From Felis catus (lineage: Eukaryota), in NCBI RefSeq assembly GCF_018350175.1, contig NC_058368.1, forward strand, positions 115,880,001-115,944,000: a DNA stretch of 64,000 nt, given 5' to 3'. Position 1 is the stretch's first letter. Each line of letters starts with the position of its first letter. Positions 23,815 to 36,059 of this stretch are shown here, piece by piece. The translations under genes and the position numbers were made by a program. The notes beneath the pieces are model-generated. The model ran no database searches. It saw only the letters and a program-made list of their open reading frames with translations, and had not been told where the DNA came from.

Positions 23815-24018
23815 TTAAAAAAAATTTTTTTAATGTTTATTTTTGAGAGAGAGGGAGAGTACAAGCTGGGGAGGGGCAGAGACAGGGAGACAGAGGATCT
23901 GAAGCAGTCTCCAGGCTCTGACAGCAGAGAGTCTGATGCGGGGCTCAAACTCACAAACCGTGAGGACATGGCCTGAGCCGAAGTCGGACGCTCAAGTGAC
24001 AGACCCACCCCAGTGCCC
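23815..24018 (-). mobile_element. SINEC_Fc-type SINE
   Basis: Antisense copy; TSD attatatatttct. Confidence 0.93.
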
Positions 24019-24696
24019 TCATTATATATTTCTAAATAGAATAATTTACCAGAAATTTTTTTCCTCCAGTCACAGTCTAAATTATTAAAAATTGAAAACT
24101 CCGAACTGCTCCCCTGCCTCAGCTGTTTCCATCCCCCCTCCTCCCCCTCCTTTCTCCACACCAGGTACAGGCCTCAGAAATGGCCTCATCCTCCATCCCA
24201 ACCTCAGGACCGACCATTCTCAGCACCAAGCCTGGGGACAGCAGCTCTCCGACTGGGCCCAGGCCAGGGCGCCTGCCCTTACAGGGCCTCTGCGGCCAGG
24301 TCACAGGTCCAGGCCATTTCCGCCTTAAACCCAGAGGGGGACAGGTCTATAGAACAACTCCTTAGATGCCATAAATGTTTCCTGGATGTGGAAAACCCAT
24401 TTCCTGGTCTGTATGTGGGCCACGGGCCTCCTATGTGGGCTGGCAGCCAACCTGCCTCTGGAAAAGAGGTTTCTTGAACATGCTGATACACAAGTGCCTT
24501 GTGTGTGTCACAAATGTCTATTTATCATATGCACTACATGCGTATGAATGTTCGGGCCACCTTCAGTAATATAGGAATGTCCCTGTACCTCCTCCTCCTT
24601 AAATCTCTTGGAATCGCTCAGCTGGTTCTAACCCCAGGCAGTCTTGAACTTGGAATCAAAATCAAGTCCAGCCTCTCTGATGCTCTACTTTCTGGT

Positions 24697-24819
24697 AAAA
24701 AGGAAGAAGGAGGAGGAGGAGGAGAAGAGGGAGGAGAGGAAGAAGGAAGGGGAGAGGGGAGGAAAAGGAAGAGGGAGAAAAGGGAGAAGAAAGAGGAGGA
24801 GGAGAAGAAGGAGAAAGAG
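24697..24819 (+). repeat. Uninterrupted polypurine (GA-rich) tract
   Basis: About 120 nt containing only A and G. Confidence 0.95.
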
Positions 24820-25519
24820 CTGGTCTAAATACCTTTCCCAGGGCAGCAGGAACTCACAGTGAGATCCCTCTGTCCCTATTCTGCTGGCCTCCGGAGCCTG
24901 AGAGGCACAGATGCGAGCCTCCCGCTAGAGGAGCTGACCCTGCTGTGTGCCCCAGCTGGGCCTAGTCTTCCACCCTGGCCCTGGTCCTGCTGTCATAGTG
25001 GGACTGCTCCCACTACCCCTCCTAAGCGTGATGTTGAGGACCCCAGGCCAGTATATAGCCCTCGAGCCTCTGTGTGGGGAGCCAGAAAAGCTGACACAGA
25101 GCCAGGTGCCAGGCTGGGGAGGCACCCTGCACGAGGAACCCTGTGGACAGTCCTCTTTACGTCATTACACAAGTGGGGTGGCCCTCCAGAGCCCAAGGGC
25201 CATCTGGGGAACATCAGGCAGCACCAAGACAGGTTGGCTGTGGCAGTCAGGACAGGGCTGGGACTATCCTCTGCCAAGGCTACAGGCTTCCTTTGCAGCT
25301 GGTAGAGAAGCAAACGGGGAGGCTCAACCGTCCCCACCCCCACCCCCACCTCAGTACATAAGAGGAAAGCCTTCTCTATCCCAGGGCTGAAGTGCTTCTC
25401 GGCAATTGGTGCTTTCTAACTACTTGGAATTCCAAAAGGGCAACAGACCTCAGAGTTTAAAAAAAAAAAAAAGTAATTCTTAGAGCTGGAAGTAAAACTG
25501 ATCTGGTCAAACAAATACT

Positions 25520-25750
25520 AAAAATAACTGCCATTTATTAAGCATTTATTACGAGCTCAATTAGGCATTTTGCATAAATTACAGTTACTCCTAAGAACAA
25601 CTCCACAAAGTCGCTATCCTTATATTTTCCTTATAACACAGATGCGGAAATGGATGCACAGAGAGGTTGAGAGACTTGCCCAAAGTTACCAGTTTGTGAG
25701 AGGCTGGTCAGGTCTATATGACTTTCAAGTCCACGTTCTCTACCACACAG
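25520..25750 (-). mobile_element. MIR
   Basis: 'ataactgccatttattaagcatttatt..acagatgcggaaa..cacagagaggtt..gacttgcccaaagttac'. Confidence 0.7.
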
Positions 25751-26379
25751 GGACACTGCCTCTGGGGTCCTGACAAGTCACCCTTTTTTATGAATAAATG
25801 AACTCTCTGTGTAGTGCTTATGCTCTTCAGGAGTGGGTTTCTTTGATGTTTCAGAAAAACATATTGCTCAGAGTGGTTTCTCTAGAGACCTTATCCCTGA
25901 AGGCTCTTGAAGCAGCCAAGGGCAGTAAACTCAAGTGCAGAGCCTACAGCGTCGGGATCTTCCCTTGATGGGCAGCCAAGTGATTGATTCTATACAAAGA
26001 CAAATCTATCCCACCAATCTTCAGGCTCATTCCCCAGGTGCCAGTGACGCTCAGTGCCTGGGGAAGCAGCTTTGACCCATTTGCTCCCTGGTTTTCCCAC
26101 CGGCAGCCCCCAGATCCTCTGGACAAAGGTTCTGGGATAGACTGACAAGGTTGCAGAGAGGCAGAGGCAGAGGAGACCCAGAGCCACTACTCTAATCCTA
26201 TCATTCCACAGATGAGAAGGCCGAGGCTGAAGGAGGTCATTAAAGCACTGTTGGTCTCCTGGCATCTTCTTATCTTTCCCACAAGCTTAGGCCCTAAGGG
26301 TAGGGCCAGATGTTAGTGCTTATGTGTACAATTCCTTTTGTAGAAGCAGGAGTCTGAGAATGAGAGGGAGGAAGAGAAG

Positions 26380-26600
26380 TATAAATGGTTAAGAGCACTA
26401 CGTGGGAGTGAGAGAGACCAAGGTTCAAATGCTCACTTTGCTTCTGCACAGCTCTGTGATCTTGCCAAGTGACTTAATCTCTTTGTGCCTCACTTCCCTC
26501 TTCGGCAACAGAGATAATAATAGTGCCAACCTTACAGGACTGGTCTAAGAATTAATCACAATAATGTATAGCCCAGTGCCTGGCTCAACTATAAAGGAGT
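26380..26600 (+). mobile_element. MIR
   Basis: 'tggttaagagcac..ggttcaaat..gctctgtgatcttgccaagtgacttaatctctttgtgcctca'. Confidence 0.75.
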
Positions 26601-26624
26601 AATAAATAAGAAACTCTGAATAAA

Positions 26625-26805
26625 GGATGGACTTCAGTTAATAATGTGTTGATATTGATTCATTAATTTTAATGAACGTACTACCCTGATAAGATGTGAA
26701 TAATAGGGAAAACTGGATTGGGATGTATGGGGATCCTCTGGACTATCTTCGCCATTTTTCTGTAAATTTAAAACAGCTAACATAAAGGGTTTACTTAAAA
26801 TAATA
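26625..26805 (+). mobile_element. L1MC/L1MD-type 3' end
   Basis: 'tggacttcagttaataat..aagatgtgaataatagggaaaactgg..ttttctgtaaatttaaaac'. Confidence 0.7.
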
Positions 26806-27189
26806 AAAGAGCAGTATAGAAGAAATCGTGTTGGTTAGTGAAGGAAATGATTACGAGACATGTCCCTGACACTCTGGAAACAGCCAGGAAAAGTTGAGCA
26901 GCAAGTCGGACAGCATCAAAGACCCTAGTGCTCAGTCAACTCAAGTCTGCTCCAATTCCCAACCGCAAATATCAACAGGCAATGGGATTGACAGGCATCA
27001 AGGCATCAGGATAAGACTACCAAATCGGAGGTCAGATAGATACCACGGTTAAGGGGCCAATTCTCATCTACCATTTAGCATCTCTTCGGTCCTGGGCAGA
27101 GACCCTCCTCTCTCAAGCTCCTTTCCCCCGTCCCTGCAGACTGTTTCTCCCTGTCTGGAGTGGAGTTGTCACGGGGCTGAAACGAGAAG

Positions 27190-27930
27190 TGTGGCGGGCA
27201 GCCTCTAAAATGCCCCTGGTAGGCACCTGGGTGGCTCAGTCGGTTAAGCATCCGACTTCGACTCAGGTCACGATCTTGCGGTTTGAGAGTTAGAACCCCG
27301 CGGTGGGCTCTGTGTTGACAGCTTGGAGCCCAGAGCCTGCTTCGGCTTCTGTGTCTCCTTCTCTGTGTACCCTCCCCTGCTCGCACTCTGTATGTGTGTC
27401 TCTCTCAAAAATAAATAAACATAAAAAACTGTTTAATGCCCTCAATAATCCCCACTCTTGGTAGTCACACTCCTGTGTAACCTTCTCCCCCTGGCTGTAG
27501 GTTGGACTTACTGACTTGCTGCTAACAAACAGAAAATGTCAAATGATGGGTGTCAGGTTTGAGCTGAGGGTATAAAAAGACTGGGCTTCGTTCCTGGCCT
27601 GGGGAAAGCTAGCTGCCTCGTTGTTGGGCAGGCCCTGCAGAGAGGCTCCTGTGGGTGAGCCAGGAAGCGCATCTTCTGAAGCCTCGAACAATATTCGAGT
27701 GCTAGGAGCCCCTTCAGCCCCCCGCTCAGACCTCGAGATGACCGTGATGCTGGATACCTCCTCTGCTGCCACCTCCTGAAAGACCCCAAGCCACAAGCCC
27801 CCGGCCGAGTTGTGCCCGGATCCTCAGTACACAGAAACTGCGAGATAACAAATGGTTTTTTTTTTTTTTGCTGTTTGGAGCCACTACCGTTCGAGGTAAT
27901 TTTTTCATGCGGTACTATGTAACTAATATG
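27190..27930 (+). mobile_element. MLT1F-like ERVL-MaLR solo LTR interrupted by a SINE
   Basis: Starts 'tgtggcgggcagcctctaaaatgcccc' and ends 'acagaaactgcgagataacaaatg..aactaatat'. Confidence 0.8.
27218..27428 (+). mobile_element. SINEC_Fc-type SINE nested in the MLT LTR
   Basis: Complete head-to-tail copy; aatgccc on both flanks. Confidence 0.93.
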
Positions 27931-28358
27931 AGAGATTCTCTGCGAAAGAAAAAGAAAGCACAAACTCGGTGGAAAACTAGAAGCTCAGGAATGTCAAAAC
28001 AAAACAAAACCCTAGAGCCCATCTGATCCCATGGCAGCCCTTCTACATAGCCACCTCACATGCCATTTCTGCTTATCACGGTCTCTCCCTTCCTCTCGCT
28101 TCCTGAACATCTGGAGACAGATGGGTTTGGTGACGGCAGCCCAGGAACTCTGCTCACACTGGGAAGAACTCTGGGGTCCAGGGACAGTCAGGTGGGGCAG
28201 GCTAGCTCTGCCCTGGCTCGAGGCAGGGGCCTGGCTTCAGATCAAGCCAAACAGCCGTCCCAGAGACATTCAGCCCAGCTTTTGGGGGGATTTCTCTGTC
28301 TAATTCGCTGTATCACCCCAAATAGTCTCTCTTCCTTCTACCTCGTTGTGCTCCTTCT

Positions 28359-28587
28359 TTAAAAAAATTTTTTTTAACATTTATTTATTTTGGAGAGGCA
28401 GAGAGACAGAGCACAAGTGGGGGAGGAACAGGGAGTGAGAAGAAGACACAGAATCTCAGGCAGGCTCCAGGCTCCGGGCTCTGAGCTGTCAGCACAGAGA
28501 CCGACACAGGGCTTGAACCCACGAACTGGGAGATCATGACCTCAGCTGATGTTGGACACTTAACCGACTGAGCCACCCGGGCGCCCC
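28359..28587 (-). mobile_element. SINEC_Fc-type SINE
   Basis: Antisense copy; TSD ttgtgctccttct. Confidence 0.95.
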
Positions 28588-30299
28588 TCCTTGTGCTCCT
28601 TCTAAGGCTGCCTCCAAGATAAAGAGAACCTCTTGAAAGTGGATCCAACCTTACACCTACAGGAAGGAACAGGCCAACAATCTATGCTCCCAGCACAAGG
28701 CCAGCTGCAGTATATGCTCCAGGCCAGACACTCCTCCCATGGCCACTATTCCCAGGCACGGATCCTTGAAGGGTGAGGAGCAGGAAGCCCATCCATCTTC
28801 CAAGAGAAGTCCAAGTTCTCCAGCTGTCGTTCAGCACCCCCACCTCCAGTGAGCTCTGTGGGGGAAGAATGGTTTTGAAAGGTTGGGGCCACTGGGGAGA
28901 GAAAATGATCTATCCACACTAGAAGGACTCGATGTAACACCAACACCAACCTCCACCATCGCCTGGCTTCGATACAGGTTTTCCTCCCAGTTTCTTTCCC
29001 TCTCTCTTCTTCCCAGCACTTCTCTCCCCAAACTTTCTGGGCTTGCCAGGCAGCTCCTTTTCCCTGGGGAATCTCCCTCCTACTTTCCTTTCCCAAATGG
29101 CTGAAATCTATGCAACTCTCCTCTTGATTACCCCCTAAAAGCGGCTGGGTGCGCAGAGAAGTGGTTTCTGTAGATGCTCCTCCGAGGGGGGCAGGAGAAG
29201 GATGGAGACGCTAAGCCTTAGCTCCTGGGGCGCAGCCATGGCTGTGAAGAGCTGGCAGAAGCATTAACAGCGGTGGCAGCTCCCCAGGAAGGGCCTCCTG
29301 TGGTGTGACAGAAATGAGGGCCCAGAAGGGAGCCAGCGGGACTCAGGCTGGGCTTGCGGCACGCGCTCTCGGGTCCAGCAGGGCGCATGGCAGTTGCTCA
29401 CACCCAGCACCAGCCTGCGAGGTCTGCTTATCTTGGACCAGGACCTGCCCCCTGGCCATCCCTGCTCCTCCAACATCCCCTTCTCCCAGAGCGGGACTTG
29501 AACCATTTTTCCCAAACCTAGGGCTAGCGTTCACAGGCAGAAAAATGTAGACACGGCCATGGGAGAGGGGGCCAGTCTTCCCAGCAGCCATTTCCTTCCC
29601 TGCTCTGGATCTACCCTCATGTGGGACTCTTACAGAGCCTTCACCTACCACGCTGGATGGTGTCAGTCGTGCGTCCGGCACCTTCCCCCTTCTCTGAACA
29701 CAGGGATGCTAATCCAGAGAGAGTCCAGGTGGCAGTGTGGGGAGCCAGGCTGAAGTTACGGTTCTAGTCCGGGGCCCTCAGAGGCAAGTAATTAGTCAAG
29801 GGACAGGTCTCAGAACCCCCAGGACTCCACCGAGGGCTCCATGGCTCCAGCACGCTGTGAGGAAATCTCAGTTTAGCATTGGAGGAGTACTTAATCCGGT
29901 GCAACCAGGCCGTGCACTCCAACCACAGAGGCTGGGTCCTGCTCAGATCTGTGCCCCCGCACACAGCCTAGCCCAGGGTGAGTCCCCAATATGTCTCTCC
30001 TCTCCCTTGTGCCCAGTGCTGACACGCTCCAGGCTGCCAGCCTGGAGGAGACACTAATGCGGAGAAAAACGAGGAACGGAGAGATATCTAGAGGCGCGGC
30101 TGGAGAAGGAAGGGTTCGCAGCTATCCCCGAGGCCGTGACAGCCACAGAGCATGACAGGGCGTACAACTCAGCTCTCAGAAGATGCCTTACAGGGCTCGG
30201 GGGTTAGGAGGCCTCACTGAGGGCAAAAAGGAATTAATTCAGTGGGAGTCATCAGCAAGGCATGGCTTCCCACATTTCCTCACACGAGGGGTTCTTTCT

Positions 30300-30640
30300 A
30301 CTCTCTATTTGCTATAGAATCAAGATGAAACTCCTCTGCCTGGAATTCAAAACAGTCTGCAATCTGGCTCCCTCCCCGCCCTCTCACTGCTTCTCTACCC
30401 CCAGCCTCTCTGCACAGTCCTGGGTGCCCAGCATGCGGGCCTCATGGCCGTCCGGCTTCTTCCCATCCCCACAAATGGCACTCCTTTCCTCCTCCCTCCC
30501 TCTTTCCAACAGATCCAAACCTGTGAGCACTGGGTCCTGGCCCCATTCTCTGTGAAGCCTGTTCTGATCACTTCAGCCCACACTGATCTCTGCCTTTTCT
30601 GAACTCCTACAGCGCTCCTAGCCTGCACCACATGACCAAG
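30300..30640 (+). mobile_element. L2 remnant
   Basis: 'aaactcctctgcctggaattcaaa..aatctggctccc..tctctgtgaagcct..ttttctgaactcctacagc'. Confidence 0.6.
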
Positions 30641-32169
30641 CCCGTTTATAGCAACTCGCATTGCTCATTAGTTGCTCTTCTTCTGGTTGTAGCCAACTGG
30701 AACAGGAGAGCTGCACAGTGCCCGCCAGCACCACACGGCCAGGTTCGAGTTCTCTGAGAGGTGGGACATACTGGCATTGTTCTATGTCTCTCCTGGTCCA
30801 GGGTAGGCTCTGTAAATGCCAGCAATCATTTCTTTTTGGTTTTCAGGTACTATCTTCCTCCCATCCCCAGCAAGGTGCCTGGCTCTCCCTGGTACAGTGA
30901 GCTGGGGCACAGGTTCGGAAGACCGGTTCCTTGGTGGGGTCCGCTAAGTGGGCTGAGGAGTGGTCTTTTCCAGGGCTGGCCTTTTATCGTCTGCCTCGGT
31001 CAGAAACTGCCTTAACAGGGGGTGCCCACCACCCTGTCTGCCACGCCTCCGCTCCCGCACTCCCCTTCATCAGGCTTTATCAGCCCACTCCCATCTCTAC
31101 CAGGCCAAGCCCTGACGTCTGGGGGGATTAACTTGCCCCGACTGCTCAGCACCACAGCCTCTGTTTATGACACTAGGTCTCTGGAGTGTTGCACATTCCT
31201 GCGGACAGGGAGGAGCCATTTCATGCAAGATGTTCTGTCACGATTCTCACAGTCTCTGTGCTGAAGGTAAGCAGATGGGTCAGAGCGGCCTCCTCCTCTC
31301 CTCTCCCCCATTCCCACAGTGAGGGAGCCAGCCTATCTTAAGATTTGAAAGAGAAGGTGGCTGTGAGTTTGACCAGACAGGCCACTAAAACTGCCTTCCA
31401 GAGAGTTGAACCCCAAGGTGCCCAGTGTCAGACGACAAGGTCTCTGCTTCTTGGGAGGCATCAGTGTCTTATGCTGAGAGTGGTGCCCAGGACAGAGTGG
31501 ACCCAGTACGAGGCCCAGCCTGAAGGCCTGGCCCATCCTGGGGCTGCTCCTCTGTGGGCCTTTTCCATGCTGAGCCTCTAGGACACTCCTCGTGAGGTTT
31601 CCAAGCCTCACTGCCCTCTCGGCCCCTTAGATGCTTGCCTTCATTGCCTCTGTTTCTACTGTTAGCCCTCAGTTTCATGGCTAGAAAGGCAAAAAACCAA
31701 CCTTTACTACGCTGTTATACTTTCAATGAGTTCATACACACGTAATTTCATTACCTGTTCCCGGCATTCTTTCATGTCAGAGAGCTTAAGGATTCGTCTC
31801 CTCAAGCCCAAGAAATAATGTGACCTGCTCACGTTGTTAGCGACTTACATATGGTATTGAATGGACCCTAGAGTTTCAAACACTTAGGGTTGTTTTTAAT
31901 GATATATGGCCTCAACTCCCTGCCCTCTCATACTGAAAACTTTCTTACCATAAATAATGTTTCCCTGCCACTCGACAATTCTAAGAGAGAAGAAATAGGC
32001 ACCAATTCTATCATAAACTTCTATCCCCACTCCTATATCCCCACCAGGATCATGGAGACATCTATCTTGCATACACAGAAATGCCTTGATTGTGATAGGT
32101 ATATAAGGATATGTAGTCAACGTGGATTCAGCGTCATTCTCATCAATGCCTTGCACATGTGTGTGTGTA

Positions 32170-32660
32170 TTTAATTGTATCAGCTTTACACTTGGCCCTA
32201 AAACCTCAATTCTAAGAATTTATTATAAGGAAAGAGAGATGAATACTGAGAGGTATATACAAAGTTGTTCAACAAAGCATTATTTACAATAATGAAATAC
32301 TTGGAAGGGCCTGCATTACAAATGGCTTACACTTGGGTATTTGTTAAATCAAGTTTGGTTCTTTCAAATGATAGAACATCAGCCATTAAAATTCAGGTTT
32401 CTGAAGAACAATTAATGGCATGGGTAGAGAGTCACCATATAGTAATAGGTGAGAAAAAGTAGTATATAAATTATGATAGTAAGACCTAGTAAGGAGAAAA
32501 AAATATATATGCGTGGAAAAATAATCTGGAAGGAAATTTACCAAGACTTACAAGAGGATGTATTTTGGCATGTTAAAATTGTGAATCATTTTTCTTTTTT
32601 TCAAGATGTGTTTCTGGGTTTTCAATATTTCCTACAATGGGCATTTATTACTCTTAAGAG
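32170..32660 (+). mobile_element. Old L1ME 3' remnant
   Basis: 'ttctaagaatttatt..gttcaacaaagcattatttacaataa..tctggaaggaaatttacca'. Confidence 0.6.
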
Positions 32661-32669
32661 AAGAAAACA

Positions 32670-32897
32670 GGGGAGTACCTGGGTGGCTCAGTGGGTGAAG
32701 CATCCAACTTTGGCTCAGGTCATGATCTCACGGTCTGTGAGTTCGAGCCCCACATTGGGCTCTGTGCTAACAGCTCACAGCCTGGAGCCTACTTCGGATT
32801 CTGTGTCTCCCTTTCTCTTTGCCCCTCCCCTGTTCGTGTTCTGTCTCTTTCTCCCTCTCTCTCAAAAATAAATAAACATTAAAAAAATTTTTTTAAT
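32670..32897 (+). mobile_element. SINEC_Fc-type SINE
   Basis: Full head, B-box gagttcgagccc, CT region and A tail. Confidence 0.95.
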
Positions 32898-33541
32898 AGG
32901 AAAACATAACAAATGCTAATTTTTGTTAAATTCTTTTTTCATTTTCCATAACAGCCCCTGTCAGTATTTAGGACAGGGGAAGTTAGCCCATTTTACAGAC
33001 AGCATAATAAGCACAGAGAAACTAAGTGACAACCAATGTCACAAAGCAACTGAAGATCAACATCAGGATCTGGACCCAGGTGTCCTCAGACCTAGCTTGT
33101 GACCCTTCTGCTCCACTATATGGCCTCCCTAGATGACCATTTTCCTATAGCTTAGTCATGCTTTTACTTTCAGCCCAGAGACTTGTGAAGCTTACCTTCC
33201 TCGGGCACATGCTCTCCACCCTTGTGTTCTGGGATGTGCCCATACAGACACCAGCCTCACTGGGGGCCAAAAAACTGGGACAGTCAGACCTTAGGGGTAG
33301 GGGATGAGAGCCAAAGAGCATTTTGATTCCACCTCAAGGGACTGCCATAGTGCTGGGCACTTGGTAGGGACTCAGTAGGTACTTGGCTGGCAGGCCCTTC
33401 TGCACGGGTTGTTCTAAGAGCTTTGCTCACAGCAGCTGCCAACTGGCCTCCAGGGAAAACCAGGCCTTCACTGCTCCTCCACCAGCAAGAATGCATCTCC
33501 TCTCTTCACCCAATAAGGCCAAGGAGTTGGACATCCTAAGG

Positions 33542-33700
33542 CAGTGGTTCAGAACCTTTTTGGGGTTACTTAACTCTCTGAGAATCTGATGAAAGTTATG
33601 GACCTCCTGCAGAAAAGTGCATACAGGCTGATACCCATAGACTCGTGTACATAATTCATGAAGGTTTACAGACCTTCTGAAGCTAACCTAGATCCTAGCT
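33542..33700 (+). mobile_element. Charlie4z-like hAT MITE
   Basis: 'cagtggttcagaaccttttt..tgagaatctgatgaaagttatggacc..agaaaagtgcatac..acagaccttctgaagc'. Confidence 0.75.
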
Positions 33701-34626
33701 TCTACGTCTGAGCAGACAGAGTGCCAGGGGAAGCATGAAAGCCAGGCCCCTCCTCAAAGCCCTACCAGAGTTCCGCTCCTTCCCTGGCTCTTTCAACTTG
33801 CCACTTCTCTGCCTCAATGAGCCCTAATTAGCTTCTCTCTGGGAGGTGACTCAGGGCCATTATCCTTCCTTCACCCCTGATGACCCATTGGGAGGAGAGG
33901 GGAAGTGACTTACATAGAGTCATACCATGAGTCAGTGCACAAGCCAAGACTAGAATATGGCTTTTGGGGCTCCCAGGGCTATATTTAGGCCACTGGGAAA
34001 AGTGCTTCTCACAGCAGGGTCTGGACATATGCAGAGAAGGGACAAAGGCAGATGGTAACCACAGCTCCAGGATAGTAGAAAGAGACAGAATCTGGAGCCT
34101 CGTCGCCTTTAAGCACCCCTTTCTTGCAACGCTAGAATGCTTAGGAGAGCGTCATCCTCACTCTGTGCGAGAAGAAAGTGAGGTGACAGGAAGGGATGAA
34201 GAACTCTGAGTTCCTGGCTCTGCTGTCATGTTCTTCCCTCCAGCCACTGCAGACCCAGGCGAAATCTCAGCCTGTCTGCACGTCAGTCACAGCCCCTGGG
34301 ACCTCCCTTCCAGGCTCTTGTGTTAGAGGAAAATGGCTTTGGCCTAGGTCAGTCAATGTCATGAACTAGCAATCAGATTTCTCTTATAAAATATACATAC
34401 ACACAGTTCTTAAGACATCACTGTTAGAACAAGAGTCCCCTGCTCAAGGCCAGAGAGGAAAAGGTAAAAAGAACTGATTATATAACAAGAACTGATTTCT
34501 AGATCAGCAAAGATCTCTCTAGCAAGTCATGTCAATTAATACCAATAACTTCTACCCACCCTCACTGACCTTTCCAATCCCACATCTAAAAGGACCCCTG
34601 GGAACATCTCCTGAGTAACCCAACTT

Positions 34627-34834
34627 CTGTATTGCCTTCCAATAGAACTTTCTATGGTGATGGAAATGTTTCAGATCCATGCTGTCCAATATGGTAGCCA
34701 TTAGCCACATGTGGCTATTGAACACTTGAAATGTAATTAGTACAACTGAGGAACTGAATTTTAAATTTTTACTTATTTTTAATTAATTTAAATTGCCTCC
34801 TGTGGCTAGTGGCTACTATATTTGGATAGTGCAG
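34627..34834 (+). mobile_element. MER3 hAT-Charlie MITE
   Basis: 'tccaatagaactttct..gatggaaatgtt..gctgtccaatatggtagccattagccacatgtggctattg..tgtggctagtggctac..ggatagtgcag'. Confidence 0.9.
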
Positions 34835-35494
34835 CTCCAGATGCTCTGAAGGGACATGAACTTGAGTAATTAATTGATTAATTCTTTTATATGCCTGCTT
34901 CACCTTTACCCAAATGAATCAGAAAAATTGCCAGGTTTGTTAGAAATCCCCAGGGCTCTTTGGGGGTTAAGGGTGGGCAGAGTCTGAAGGGAAGACTCTA
35001 GGCAGCAAAGAAGGGAAGAGTTCTCTTTGGTCCATGTGTTAGGAAGCCTTTCCCAAGGAAGAGATTATGCCATCTCATATCCTAGACTACATGCTCCAGG
35101 GAAGGACCCACTGCAGGAATCCAAAGCCCTAAGGATGTCCGCTGAAGGAAGAAGGGAAGTACTCTGAATGGTAAGGATCCTGGCCAGAGAGAGACTGAAT
35201 GACCACGAAAATCATTCCAGGGGAAATTGCTAGAAAGATACACATACCCTCAACTGCCAAAGAGACCATTCTGAATATAGAGCTCTGGATGGAGAAAGGA
35301 AGGAACAAACCTCTTTTGTGGGTAGGCCTTATACTGCCAGTGGGAACTAAAAGCACTATAACCCTTCAGAAAGGTAATTTGGTAATATGTATCAACGGCC
35401 TTGTTAAATGCACACAACAATTTCACTTCTGAAAGTGGCATTTAAGAAACTGATTTAGATATCTGAAGATTAAGCTATAAGGATATTCATTTTA

Positions 35495-35709
35495 TTTTAT
35501 TTAAAAAAATGTTTTTAACACTTATTCATTTTTGAGAGACAGAGCACAAGTAGGGGAGGAGCAGAGGGAGTGAGACACAGAATCAGAAGCAGGCTCCAGG
35601 CTCTGAGTGGTCAGCACAGAGCCCACATCGGGGCTCAAACTCATGAACCGTGAGATCATGACCTGAGCCAAAGTTGGACGCTTAACCGACTGAGCCACCC
35701 AGGTGCCCC
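35495..35709 (-). mobile_element. SINEC_Fc-type SINE
   Basis: Antisense copy; TSD aaggatattcatttta. Confidence 0.95.
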
Positions 35710-36059
35710 AACAAGGATATTCATTTTAGACCGTTTTAGGGAGCAAAAAATATTGTAAACAATTGAAATTACAAGAGCTGATTGTTAAAATAAATTGTGG
35801 TACCTTCATAAAATAGAATATTCCTCACCTCCCACATCTAAGCCATGAGAGCAAGTCTTCCATCACCTCTTAAATATATCCTGACTCTGTCCATTACTCT
35901 CTATCACAACTGCCACCATCAGGTACAGAGCATCCCCCTTGAACGGGATTACTACTCAGCCTCCTAGCTGGTCACCTTGCTTCTACCTTTACCCCCTTCA
36001 ACCCATTCTCCACATAGCAGCCAGAGCTGGCTAGCTTGCTGACTGGCTACCTGGGTAAC

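Noticed and set aside
23403..24161. 252-aa minus-strand ORF
   Set aside because: Reads through a SINE; no recognisable protein
24499..24862. E/K/R-rich ORFs resembling charged protein tails
   Set aside because: Translation of the polypurine tract
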